Shown here: positions 32,534-42,602 of the stretch, piece after piece
How the letters are laid out: the number at the start of each line of letters is the position of its first letter
Position numbering within the stretch: position 1 is the first letter of the stretch
Assembly (NCBI GenBank): GCA_963663965.2
Contig: CAXXFK010000010.1
Location: 96,001-160,000, forward strand
DNA length: 64,000 nt
Direction: 5' to 3'
Source: Sedimentisphaerales bacterium
GTDB taxonomy: Bacteria; Planctomycetota; Phycisphaerae; Sedimentisphaerales; SM23-30
The notes under the pieces: model-generated
Told to the model about the DNA's origin: nothing
What the model saw: the letters and a program-made list of their open reading frames with translations, nothing else
Databases searched by the model: none
Made by a program: the position numbers and the translations under genes

Positions 32534-33784
32534 ATGAATAATACGATCAGAACGGTCATGGTGATAGCGCTGGTCGCCGCAATCGGCATCACGTTTGCCA
32601 TCAAATCACGCAACGGCGCTTCCTCGCCAGATTCCACCAGTTCGTTAACACAACTGCCACGATTGCTCGATCTGGGCGCCGACAAATGCATTCCCTGTAA
32701 AATGATGGCGCCAATTCTGGAAGAACTCAAAACCGAACTGCAGGGACAATTGCAGGTTGATTTTATCGATGTCTGGAAAAATCCGGATGAGGCAAAAAAG
32801 TACGCGGTCAACCTGATTCCGACCCAGATATTCTTCGACGCCGACGGCAAGGAACTGTTCCGCCACGAGGGATTCTTTTCTCAGGAAGATATCCTGTCTA
32901 AATGGAACGAACTGGGCTTTCAATTCGCTCAAGCCACCGAACCGGCTTTTGCCCGATTACAACCAGTCGCTCAGGATACCCGGAATCCCAATGAGATCTG
33001 TTATATGTGTGAAGGCGATATCGATGCCAGATCTCTGGTGACTGTCAACACCGCCAAAGGTCCAGTCCGGCTTTGCGGTCTGCATTGTTATTTCATCATG
33101 TATTCCTGTCTCACAGAAGACAAAACCGGTTTTGAACAAAAAGTAACTGTTACCGACGCGGATTCCGGAACACCGATCCCCCTGACCGAGGCTCACTTTC
33201 TGATTGGCACAGACACCACCGGCCGGCCGGCCATTCAAACCTTTTCCGATCCTGAAAAGGCCGAACAATCCCGCCTGGCATCAGGTGGCAACCGGCTTGC
33301 CTATGACGCTCTTCTTCAAAACGAGCTTTCTCACCGTTGCGGATTCTGCGACCGGGCCTGTTATCCACAGGATGCCGCCGAAGTGATTGTTGAAGGCGGC
33401 TTGCACACCTGGGGTTGCTGTTCCCACTGCGCCTTGGGCGTCGCCGCGCGTACCGGCAAGGATATCGAAGTCCACGAAAAAGACCGGTTGACTGGCGAAC
33501 CCATTGTGGTTAAAACCCTGAATGGCAGTATTGCTTCCCTAGAACCCGCCACGGCTGTTGCCTGGTTTGGGCAACGCCAGAAACCGGATGGATCCTGGGG
33601 CTCGGCCGGTTGTTTCCACCAAGGGTTCTTCACAACCGCCGACCACCTGAAACAATGGGTGCAGCAACATCCCCTGGAAACCGGTCGTCAGATCACCATT
33701 CATAAGGCACTGACCGACAAAATGAAACTGTCACCCGAACAGATTCAAAAAGCGTGCAAAATTGGCGAATGCTCACCGAAATAA
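32534..33784 (+). CDS. Exported fusion: thioredoxin, NosL-like and MerB (organomercurial lyase)-like domains
   Basis: N-terminal signal/anchor; DLGADKCIPCKMM; CYMC..LCGLHC..VTDADSG; WGCCSHCAL..LTGEPI..LEPATAV..CFHQGFF..W. Confidence 0.75.
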   Translation: MNNTIRTVMVIALVAAIGITFAIKSRNGASSPDSTSSLTQLPRLLDLGADKCIPCKMMAPILEELKTELQGQLQVDFIDVWKNPDEAKKYAVNLIPTQIFFDADGKELFRHEGFFSQEDILSKWNELGFQFAQATEPAFARLQPVAQDTRNPNEICYMCEGDIDARSLVTVNTAKGPVRLCGLHCYFIMYSCLTEDKTGFEQKVTVTDADSGTPIPLTEAHFLIGTDTTGRPAIQTFSDPEKAEQSRLASGGNRLAYDALLQNELSHRCGFCDRACYPQDAAEVIVEGGLHTWGCCSHCALGVAARTGKDIEVHEKDRLTGEPIVVKTLNGSIASLEPATAVAWFGQRQKPDGSWGSAGCFHQGFFTTADHLKQWVQQHPLETGRQITIHKALTDKMKLSPEQIQKACKIGECSPK

Positions 33785-33799
33785 ACGGGATTCAATAAC

Positions 33800-34498
33800 A
33801 TGCAGGAATTGTTTACGCAATTGACCCGCGCGGTGGAAGGCGGCTGGCTGATCGCCGTGACAGCCTCTTTTGTCTGGGGCATTCTGAGCGTCATCCTGAG
33901 CCCCTGCCACCTGGCCAGTATCCCGCTGATAGTTGGCTTTATCGATAAACAGGGGCGAATTTCAACCCGGCGCGCCTTCTGGATATCCACCCTGTTCGCC
34001 ATGGGCATCCTGATTACGATCGCCGCCATCGGCGCCATTACCGCCGCGGCCGGCCGCATGATGGGCGATATCGGCCGCTATGGCAATTATATCGTCGCGC
34101 TGATCTTCTTCCTGGTTGGGTTGCATCTGCTGGAGGTCATTCCCATGCCCTTCTCCGGCCCCGGCCAGATCGGCATGCAACGCAAAGGATTGCTCGCCGC
34201 ATTCACGCTCGGGCTGGTTTTTGGTATTGCCCTTGGGCCCTGCACCTTCGCCTATATGGCGCCCATGCTGGCGATAACGTTTAAACTCGCCGCGACCAGT
34301 CTGCTTTACGGCATCGTTCTGCTGGTCATGTACGGCCTGGGTCATTGCTCGGTCATTATATTCGCGGGCACCTTTACCGGTATGGTTCAACGTTATCTGA
34401 ACTGGAATGAACAATCCAGCGGCGCGCTCTGGTTAAAGAAAATCTGTGGCTTGTTAGTGATCCTGGGCGGACTTTATCTGATCTATGTCGCACCCTGA
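33800..34498 (+). CDS. ccdA: CcdA/DsbD-type transmembrane disulfide reductase
   Basis: LSPCHLASIPL and GPCTFAYMAPML motifs; ~6 TM segments. Confidence 0.88.
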   Translation: MQELFTQLTRAVEGGWLIAVTASFVWGILSVILSPCHLASIPLIVGFIDKQGRISTRRAFWISTLFAMGILITIAAIGAITAAAGRMMGDIGRYGNYIVALIFFLVGLHLLEVIPMPFSGPGQIGMQRKGLLAAFTLGLVFGIALGPCTFAYMAPMLAITFKLAATSLLYGIVLLVMYGLGHCSVIIFAGTFTGMVQRYLNWNEQSSGALWLKKICGLLVILGGLYLIYVAP

Positions 34499-34636
34499 AC
34501 ATAATATGACTACTTTAGCGACTGTAAATAAATAACACCTTCATTTCTTTATATCCGGACCCTGAGTCGAACTTGTATGAGTACCTGCCTACAGGAATAG
34601 GGAAAATCAATGTTCATCTCAATTCCCTATTCATAT

Positions 34637-34941
34637 ATCCTGTCAACCCTGTGATCCTGTCTAAAAGGCTATTTGTCTTCGTGTAAGCCACTTTCTATTC
34701 GGTCACGACTTGACCGTCCTGGTTGTACAGTTAGTTCATGAGCATATCTGGCTGTTCCATCGGTGTTTTTCCGCGTCTTTCCGTGCGTCTATCTGCGGTT
34801 CAATCGGCCGTTTTTTCTCTTATTTTATTCGCGAGCAATTCGTGGTTAATTTTAACATTACAAGCTCATTCCAGGTTGCGTCTCGACCATCCTGAGTCCA
34901 TTGGTGGTTCTTTGTTTGGCTTCGGCGCTGTCGGGTCAGGA
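34637..34941. repeat. Cluster of short degenerate repeats, first copy of the cassette flank
   Basis: ATCCTGTC x2 then AAAAGGCTATTTGTCTTCGTG; GGTTGCGTCTCGACCATCCTGAG; both recur at 36316-36409. Confidence 0.6.
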
Positions 34942-34973
34942 TTCAGGCAATGCAGGAATAGTAGAGAATCCTT

Positions 34974-36023
34974 CTAATCTTTTGAAAACGAATCAAATAT
35001 CTCAGGATATAAGTTTGCGAAGGTATCATACGAAAACAGGAATAACACACCCTCTTTGACTGGATACTTCTTAGCACAATTGGGACAGATAAATAATTCA
35101 TCCTTTTGATTTAACCTTATTTCACTGTGAGTTACTTTACATGAAGGACAAATAAGGGCATCATGAATAGACTGTTTGCCGTTAGCGTTATTGCTTTGTT
35201 TTCGACAAATTCCGGATATGTTCCCTCCAAGTAAATATGCCATGAAATACTTTAGATAGGATCGGGGGCTGAATAAGTCCAATTTAATAAAAGATGCTTT
35301 CAATTCAACCTCTTTTTCATCAAAGTGCATGAGAGCCTTTTTCCATGAACCAATGGTGATGTCATCATTCTCTATGATTCCGTGTTCAACCTCATTACAG
35401 ATTTTCTGACAAAAGAAATGATCTAGAATTTTTCTTACCTTGCTTCTTGCTAATGTCTTTTGTGAAAAGACCTTTTCCCCTTTGTATAAATTAAAATGGA
35501 ATACCTGCTTATAGGGCTCTTCGTCAAAGAAAAAGCATCCGTTCGGGGCAAGCACTCGATAGATTTCTTGCGTAATTGGGGTGGGTTCCGGAAAATGGTG
35601 TAGTGTTTCATAACAAAAGACAAAAGGAATCGAATCGCTCATAAATGGCAGATTGTTGGCATCGCAACATATTCTGATCGGATGCTTTTCTTTGTGAAAC
35701 ACTCGCTGATAATGTGTACAGCTTTTCAACATGTCATAAGAAATGTCTACAGCAGCGCCACTCGCTCCGAGCTCATTTTCCATAACCAGTGACCGTTGAC
35801 ACCTTTCCGCTCCAATTTCTATATAAGGCGATATAAGATAATTCCTTTTTTGCAGCGAGGATATTTGACTGAATGTCTTTTCCATCCTATCCTTCAATAT
35901 CTTCTCAATGCCGCCCGCATCAAATTCATCCTGAAAAATATTCTCACCCTGCACTTGCTGCATGTAGAGTTTCTTCCTGAAGTCTATTTCACCCCTCTTG
36001 TTCGTTAATTGCTGTTCATCCAT
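34974..36023 (-). CDS. Class I SAM-dependent methyltransferase with C-terminal Trm112-like zinc ribbon
   Basis: IEIGAERC, AAVDIS, CDANNLPF..ETLHHF..RVLAPNG; CPSC...CPNC..YPV; visibly AT-rich. Confidence 0.85.
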   Translation of the reverse strand: MDEQQLTNKRGEIDFRKKLYMQQVQGENIFQDEFDAGGIEKILKDRMEKTFSQISSLQKRNYLISPYIEIGAERCQRSLVMENELGASGAAVDISYDMLKSCTHYQRVFHKEKHPIRICCDANNLPFMSDSIPFVFCYETLHHFPEPTPITQEIYRVLAPNGCFFFDEEPYKQVFHFNLYKGEKVFSQKTLARSKVRKILDHFFCQKICNEVEHGIIENDDITIGSWKKALMHFDEKEVELKASFIKLDLFSPRSYLKYFMAYLLGGNISGICRKQSNNANGKQSIHDALICPSCKVTHSEIRLNQKDELFICPNCAKKYPVKEGVLFLFSYDTFANLYPEIFDSFSKD

Positions 36024-36315
36024 GGCACAATTCCTTTCTATAACGTTTCAGACACATAACGCAAAGAATCACCAGCTCAGTTGTGACACGCTGAAAACAG
36101 TGTGCCACCGGGTATGGTGCATTTTGGGCGGGAAGGCAACTAACGAGCGCCTCCGAGATGCTTGTTCTTTCCTTTTCTTTAACCTGAAGAATATCGCTGT
36201 CTGTACTGTTATCCATCATCACTTTGTTTTCTTAGTAAGCTTTTATTCTGATATTTCATAAGTATATTAATATGAATCCCTTACAACACAACAAAATCGT
36301 TACCTTGGACTTTTT

Positions 36316-36409
36316 ATCCTGTCTATCCTGTCAAAATGGCTGTTTATCTTCGTGCCTTTGCGACTTCGCGTGATCTGTTTTTTCTTTGGTTGCGCTTGAC
36401 CACCCTGAG
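36316..36409. repeat. Second copy of the cassette-flank repeats
   Basis: ATCCTGTCTATCCTGTCAAAATGGCTGTTTATCTTCGTG and GGTTGCGCTTGACCACCCTGAG. Confidence 0.6.
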
Positions 36410-37211
36410 GGTATAAGTCATAATCCAGCGCCATTCCTCAAATTCATCTGTCTTTACAATTCATAGTGCATATTATTTTATTATCACCCCAGAGAATCAA
36501 CATAAATATCTGAGAATTAACCGGTAATATCAAATTGCTTGGGGCAGGCCCGCCCACGCGGATTGGTTCAATCACCACGAGCACAGCAACCACCCCATTT
36601 AGAATCATCGCTCATCACCATTATATTTCCAGGGGATCCATTGAGCCAATAAAAGATGATTGGGGAGATGGTTGGGGGAGTTTTATTACTGGTCAAACAA
36701 CAAAATGTTAAGTACTGATGGATATTTACACCGTACGGAACTATTTAAATCAGCCCCAAACCCTTTAGAAACCAATCAATGCCCCAAGGCGCTATGAACG
36801 CAAACAACCACGTCGCCCCACACATAAGCCATGCGAGATGCAATCGACATAAGGGAATCTTCGATTCGTTGAGCTTCAGACGATGGACTACCCATGTCCC
36901 AAAAATTTTCAGCGCTAAAAAAACCCAATACCGACTATTGGCCCAAGAACAAACCCAAGCCAATCAATCATGTCCCAATTGTAACTTTTCGTGTCCAAAT
37001 TATACCTGAAATTTTAAACCATCAATAGTGGTGCCCCAAAACGAACTCTTAAAGATGCCATAAATATAAAATTTGACAAATACATCTTTTTTCACGAAAA
37101 AATGACAAATTATTGCTAAAATTGTACAATTGGCGATAATTAGCCTTATGTGATGTCCCTGATAAATTTTGACCTGTTTATATCCCAGATGTTATCCTTT
37201 AAGGTAGAGTC

Positions 37212-39062
37212 TTGATGGTCCGATATGACCGGCTAGAAAATAGTATCTATCTGGTCGAACCACAAAAAGTTCGACTGTTTGATAGTAATAACAAGCTTAA
37301 GTTGGAATGTGGTAGAAGTTTAGGGCCGATTGATGTCGCTTTCGAAACCTATGGGGAACTTAATGATGCCCGTGATAACGCGATTTTAATCATTCACGCT
37401 TTATCAGGTGATGCCCATGTCGCCGGGCGTCACCAGCCGGATGATCGCAGGCCGGGCTGGTGGGACTGCATGGTCGGCCCCGGAAAACCGATCGATACCG
37501 ATAAATATTTCGTGATCTGCTCAAACTGTCTGGGAGGCTGTTCTGGAACCACCGGACCCGTCAGTATCAATCCCGAAACTCAAAAACCATGGGGGCTGTC
37601 ATTCCCGGTCATTACTCTCAGCGACATGGTGGATCTTCAGCGCCACCTGATCGATCACCTTGGAATCGATAAACTGTTGGCGGTCATCGGCGCCAGTGTC
37701 GGCGGCATGCAGGTATTCGACTGGACCCTGCGTTATCCAGACCGGATGCAGTGCGCCCTGGCAATCGCCACCACAGCCCGGTTAAGCGCCCAGAGTCTGG
37801 CTTTCGATGCGGTTGGCCGCAACGCCATTCTGAATGATCGTCATTTTCAAAACGGCGAATATTATGGATCAGATCTCACCCCGGATGTCGGCCTGTCCGT
37901 AGCGCGTATGATCGGCCATATCACTTACCTGTCTGAAGAAGCCATGCACCAGAAATTCGGGCGGCGCCTCCAATACGCCAAAGATTACCAATATGCCATG
38001 GATAAGGAATTCAGCGTCGAAAGCTACCTCGATTATCAGGGCAGTACGTTTGTGGATCGGTTCGACGCGAATTCATACCTCTATATTACCAAGGCCATGG
38101 ATTACTACGACCTGGCCCGGCAATTCCAATCTCTGGAAGAGGCCATGAACCAGATTGCCTGCAATTACCTGGTCATCAGTTTTTCTTCCGACTGGTTATT
38201 CACCGCCAGACAGAGCCATGAGGTGACCAGCGCGTTGATCTATAACAATAAAAATGTCACCTATTCGAATATCAATTGCTCTTACGGCCACGACTCGTTT
38301 TTACTGGAAGTCGACGTTCAGGGCCCGCTGATAAGCAACTTCCTGGCCCATAACCAGATGCGAATGCGTAAAGGACATGCTTATCTGCCCGCCTCGCCCG
38401 AAACCCTGTCACGGACCAATGCCCCGACTCAAACCACCAGGCGCGGCAGTATCTTCCGTGGCCACCGCGTCGATCACTGGAATATCGCCCATCTGATTGA
38501 GCCGGATAGCCATGTCCTGGATATGGGCTGCGGGGACGGGGAATTGCTCGAAATTCTCGCGCGCGAAAAAAACGTGCGCGGTCTGGGATTTACCCTGGAA
38601 GCCGGCGATGTCAACGCCTGTACGCGCCGTGGCGTTAACGTTATTCAATACGATATCAATAAAACCCTCGATTTCCTGAAGGATAAAAGCTATGACTATG
38701 TCGTATTGAGCCAGGCCTTGCAGGTCGTTCGCAATCCACGCAAACTGCTGAAAGACCTGTTACGCATCGGCCGTCAGGTTATTGTCAGTTTCCCCAACTT
38801 CGCCTTCTGGCATGGCCGCTTACAGCTTCTGTTCAACGGACGGGCGCCAGTCTGGAAATCCCTGCCGAGGGAATGGTACGATAAACCGGAAGAATCTGTC
38901 AACTACATGTCAATCAAAGATTTCGAATTATTCGTTGAAAACCAGCTCAAGGCCCGCCTGGTCCGCCGTATTCCCATCTCTACCCGTTCAGGAAGAGAAA
39001 TACAGCTATGGGCCAACTTGCTGGCGGATGAGGCGATATTTGTCATTTCCGCCCAGGATTGA
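37212..39062 (+). CDS. metX: Homoserine O-acyltransferase MetX fused to MetW-like methyltransferase domain
   Basis: HALSGDAH, GWWDCMVGPGK, GASVGGMQ, RFDANSY, GHDSFL; C-terminal VLDMGCGDG..VSFPNFAFW. Confidence 0.92.
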   Translation: MMVRYDRLENSIYLVEPQKVRLFDSNNKLKLECGRSLGPIDVAFETYGELNDARDNAILIIHALSGDAHVAGRHQPDDRRPGWWDCMVGPGKPIDTDKYFVICSNCLGGCSGTTGPVSINPETQKPWGLSFPVITLSDMVDLQRHLIDHLGIDKLLAVIGASVGGMQVFDWTLRYPDRMQCALAIATTARLSAQSLAFDAVGRNAILNDRHFQNGEYYGSDLTPDVGLSVARMIGHITYLSEEAMHQKFGRRLQYAKDYQYAMDKEFSVESYLDYQGSTFVDRFDANSYLYITKAMDYYDLARQFQSLEEAMNQIACNYLVISFSSDWLFTARQSHEVTSALIYNNKNVTYSNINCSYGHDSFLLEVDVQGPLISNFLAHNQMRMRKGHAYLPASPETLSRTNAPTQTTRRGSIFRGHRVDHWNIAHLIEPDSHVLDMGCGDGELLEILAREKNVRGLGFTLEAGDVNACTRRGVNVIQYDINKTLDFLKDKSYDYVVLSQALQVVRNPRKLLKDLLRIGRQVIVSFPNFAFWHGRLQLLFNGRAPVWKSLPREWYDKPEESVNYMSIKDFELFVENQLKARLVRRIPISTRSGREIQLWANLLADEAIFVISAQD

Positions 39063-39073
39063 TATAATTTGTC

Positions 39074-39898
39074 ATGGTATCACAGGCTATCCAAAATAAA
39101 TACGATCGGTTATGTCAGCGCCTGCTCGAACTGCAACGCGTTCTGATTGCCTTTTCGGGTGGCGTTGACAGCACACTATTGCTGAAAGCCGCACTCAATA
39201 CCCTCAAACCCGGCGATGTTCTGGCAATCACGGCGGCAAGCGAGATCATGGCGCGGGATGAACTGGATCATGCCCTGCGTATCGCCGACAGTCTGGGTAT
39301 CGATCTGGAAATCATCGACTCGGATGAATTATCCAATCCCCTGTTCGTCGAAAATCCGGAAAATCGCTGCTACCATTGCCGGGTCATGCTTTTCGACCGA
39401 TTACAGCAAATCGCCAGGCAACGTGGCTTTCATGCCGTGTTATGCGGCGCCAATGCCGATGATCCGGATGATTACCGCCCCGGTCTCCTGGCCGCAAAGG
39501 AATTTGGGATCATTTGCCCCCTGCAGGAAGCCGGCTTGAACAAAGCTGAAATACGCGCCCTGAGCCATCACCTCCAACTGCCCACCTGGGACAAACCCGC
39601 CAATCCCTGCCTGGCAACCCGGATTCCTTACGGCAGTTTGGTAACGCGCGAAAAACTCGTGCAAATTGAACAGGCAGAATCCTTCTTACACAAACTCGGA
39701 TTCCTTCAATGCCGCGCCCGCCACCATGACCACCTGATTCGAATCGAAGTTCCCCGCCAGGATGTGACTAAAATAACAGAAGAAACCACCCGCCGGCGGA
39801 TAACCGATTATTTCAAACAATTAGGGTTCATTTATATTACCGTCGACTTGCAGGGTTTCCGCTCGGGTTCCGGGAATGAAACGATAAAGAAATCCTAA
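39074..39898 (+). CDS. larE: ATP-dependent sacrificial sulfur transferase LarE
   Basis: AFSGGVDST PP-loop, RCYHCR, DDYRPG, CLATRIPYG, GFRSGS. Confidence 0.9.
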   Translation: MVSQAIQNKYDRLCQRLLELQRVLIAFSGGVDSTLLLKAALNTLKPGDVLAITAASEIMARDELDHALRIADSLGIDLEIIDSDELSNPLFVENPENRCYHCRVMLFDRLQQIARQRGFHAVLCGANADDPDDYRPGLLAAKEFGIICPLQEAGLNKAEIRALSHHLQLPTWDKPANPCLATRIPYGSLVTREKLVQIEQAESFLHKLGFLQCRARHHDHLIRIEVPRQDVTKITEETTRRRITDYFKQLGFIYITVDLQGFRSGSGNETIKKS

Positions 39899-39924
39899 AC
39901 CGTTTTGTTGCTCGTTTCAGTGAA

Positions 39925-42309
39925 CTAGGCGGACGGTTTTTCCAGATGATAGGATAGTTCCTGCCTGATTTTGTCCAGTTGATCGACAATCTGTGCGATT
40001 TCCGTATTATTTTCTTCGATCGTCAGATGCTGCAACTTCAGAAACAGATCCGAATATTCATCCAGTCCCGCTTCGTTACAGGTCAGATTCATAATCCGGG
40101 CTACGGTGTTGATCTGTTTGAGATCGTTATTCGATAAGGCCTGCCGTATGGACTCGATCTGTTGCGGCAACTGCTTAAGAAATTCCTCTGTTCGCCAGGT
40201 GGTGTTTGGGATCACCATTTTCTCTGCGTCATTGACGCTGGTCTTCGACGATGCGGAGGGTCGTTCTTTAACCGGTTCCTCTGCCTTGCCCAGATACTTG
40301 GCGATCGTATGTTTAAGGGTGACAAAATCGATCGGTTTGGCCAGATGATCGCAACATCCGGCCTCCAGACTGCTTTGTAAATGCGATTCAAAGGCGTGAG
40401 CGGTCAGAGCGATAATCGGAATATCGATCCCCTGCTGACGGATAGTCCGGGCGGCGTCCAGGCCGTTCATAACCGGCATCTGGATGTCCATCAGGATCAG
40501 ATCGAATGGCTGGCTCGCGGCCTCTTCACAGGCTTCTGCGCCATTGTGTACAATCACACAATCCAGTCCCATTTTCTTTAACAACACTTTGATCAGCATT
40601 TGATTCGAAACATTATCTTCTGCCACCAACACTTTCCCGGCCAGTTGGGTTGTCGACACCGTTGGCTTGACCATGCTCTTTTCAGATTCTGGTGTCTCTG
40701 GGGTTCCTGCAAACTTGGGGTTATATGGGATCGAAAGGGTAAAGATGGATCCTTTTTCCGGTGCGCTGGATATCCCTACGTCCCCGCCCAGCATTCGGGC
40801 CAGACGCTTGGTGATGCTCAAACCCAAACCCGTGCCGCCAAATTGCCGGGTAGTACTGCCGTCGGCCTGGGAAAACGCGTCAAAAATACTGCGCTGCTTC
40901 TCGATGGGAATGCCAATCCCGGTGTCCTTTATCGCGAACTGCAAAACATTGCCGCTTGGATACTGTTCATTGGAAACGATCACATGGACATAGCCGCGTT
41001 CAGTAAATTTGATGGCGTTGTTAATCAGGTTGATCAGACATTGTTTCAGGCGGGTTGGATCGGTCTGGATCATTCCGGGTAATTCGTTTTTGCAGATGAC
41101 TTTGAACTCAAGGCTTTTTTTCTCCGCGGTATGCTTCATAATCGATTCAATACCGGCCAGAATATCCTTCACCTGGATCGCGATGTTCTCGATTTGCAGT
41201 TTTCCGGCCTCGATCTTGGACAAATCGAGTATATCGTTGATAGTGGATGTCAGGTTTTCGGCCGAAAGTTTTATGGTCGAGACAAATTCCTTTTGAGAAG
41301 GCGTAAGATCTTCATTGCAGAGCACGTCGATAAAGCCAATAATCGCGTTGAGAGGCGTTCGAATTTCGTGACTCATATTGGCCAGAAACTGACTTTTCGC
41401 CTTGTTCGCGGCGTCTGCCTGAATGGCCATCCAATTGGCTTGCATCATCGATTCTTCCAACTGACGGTTCACGCGCTCCTTGTCAATGATCGCCTGCTCC
41501 GCCTGATCCCGCGCTGCCGCCAGCGCCTTCAGGGCGTCTTTATATTCGGTAATATTTTCAATATTGGCGATAATCGATTGAATGCTTCCTTTGCCGTCCC
41601 GGATCGCGCTGTAACTGGCCGAAACAAAAATCGTGACGCGATCTTTCTTGGTCAGTTCAAATTCATTATGATAAATCACCCCTTCATGAGGCAATCGGTT
41701 GAGTGCCTTTTGAATGGTGCTATGATAATCAGGTACGACCAATTCGATTAAATTACGGCCTATCAGTTCTTCCGCCTGATAACCGGTCAATTTTATGGCG
41801 CGGTTGTTACAATCCTCGATCACCCCATTCGCGTCCAGAGCCAGCATCAAATCGGGCGCGGTTTGAAAGATGCTGCGAAATTTCAACTCATTCTGTTGCA
41901 GTAACAATTGAGCCTGGCGTTTTTCCAGCAGATGCCGAGACTCGTTCAAGGCCCGTCTCACGATATGAGCCATGGACAATAAGGAGGATTCTGATTTGGG
42001 AATATAATCCAGTGCCCCGGACTTAATAATCTCCACCGCGTGTTTTTCATCACCATGACTGGTCATGAACACTTTGGGGGCATCGGTCTGGTCGATAATA
42101 TCCTGCCCGTTACCATCCGGTAAGATGATATCCGATACGATCATGTCGTAATGGTTTTCCTGAAACAGCTTCCTCGCCTTCTCCAGCGAATCGGTACGGG
42201 TGAGTTCCATTTCATGACCATGATCCTCAAAAGACCTTTGAATCAACCGGGCATGGCCGTCATTATCTTCTATTAGTAATATTTTATATTTCTTGGCCAT
42301 AATATGCAT
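39925..42309 (-). CDS. Hybrid sensor histidine kinase (REC-PAS-HisKA-HATPase-REC-HPt-like)
   Basis: FLANMSHEIRTPLN, NLINNAIKFT, DTGIGI, GGTGLGL, two receiver domains. Confidence 0.95.
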   Translation of the reverse strand: MHIMAKKYKILLIEDNDGHARLIQRSFEDHGHEMELTRTDSLEKARKLFQENHYDMIVSDIILPDGNGQDIIDQTDAPKVFMTSHGDEKHAVEIIKSGALDYIPKSESSLLSMAHIVRRALNESRHLLEKRQAQLLLQQNELKFRSIFQTAPDLMLALDANGVIEDCNNRAIKLTGYQAEELIGRNLIELVVPDYHSTIQKALNRLPHEGVIYHNEFELTKKDRVTIFVSASYSAIRDGKGSIQSIIANIENITEYKDALKALAAARDQAEQAIIDKERVNRQLEESMMQANWMAIQADAANKAKSQFLANMSHEIRTPLNAIIGFIDVLCNEDLTPSQKEFVSTIKLSAENLTSTINDILDLSKIEAGKLQIENIAIQVKDILAGIESIMKHTAEKKSLEFKVICKNELPGMIQTDPTRLKQCLINLINNAIKFTERGYVHVIVSNEQYPSGNVLQFAIKDTGIGIPIEKQRSIFDAFSQADGSTTRQFGGTGLGLSITKRLARMLGGDVGISSAPEKGSIFTLSIPYNPKFAGTPETPESEKSMVKPTVSTTQLAGKVLVAEDNVSNQMLIKVLLKKMGLDCVIVHNGAEACEEAASQPFDLILMDIQMPVMNGLDAARTIRQQGIDIPIIALTAHAFESHLQSSLEAGCCDHLAKPIDFVTLKHTIAKYLGKAEEPVKERPSASSKTSVNDAEKMVIPNTTWRTEEFLKQLPQQIESIRQALSNNDLKQINTVARIMNLTCNEAGLDEYSDLFLKLQHLTIEENNTEIAQIVDQLDKIRQELSYHLEKPSA

Positions 42310-42602
42310 TTATTATCATAGTTGAAAATGAATAAAAAGACTACTAGACTAAATCTATTATCAGTCTATTTACTGGTGGTATTCACATAATTTTTAGTAA
42401 ATGAACAATTATATTTTGATTTAGTTGCTGAAGATAAATAGTGCGGCACAAATTGGAGTTAATATAAAATTTTATAGTCATTTGGCTCATTATTATTGGC
42501 AATTTAAAATATGTTTCCCAAAAATTTAATGCATTTCCCGTGAAATTGATTAACTTAGCATACGTCATATTCTATAAATCTTGATGGAGATTCCATAACC
42601 CT

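Noticed and set aside
36745..36963. 72-aa hydrophobic ORF
   Set aside because: Non-ATG start, no RBS or family motif; possibly a decayed remnant but cannot be supported
37040..37211. SAM riboswitch upstream of metX
   Set aside because: No SAM-I or SAM-II consensus recognisable in this AT-rich leader
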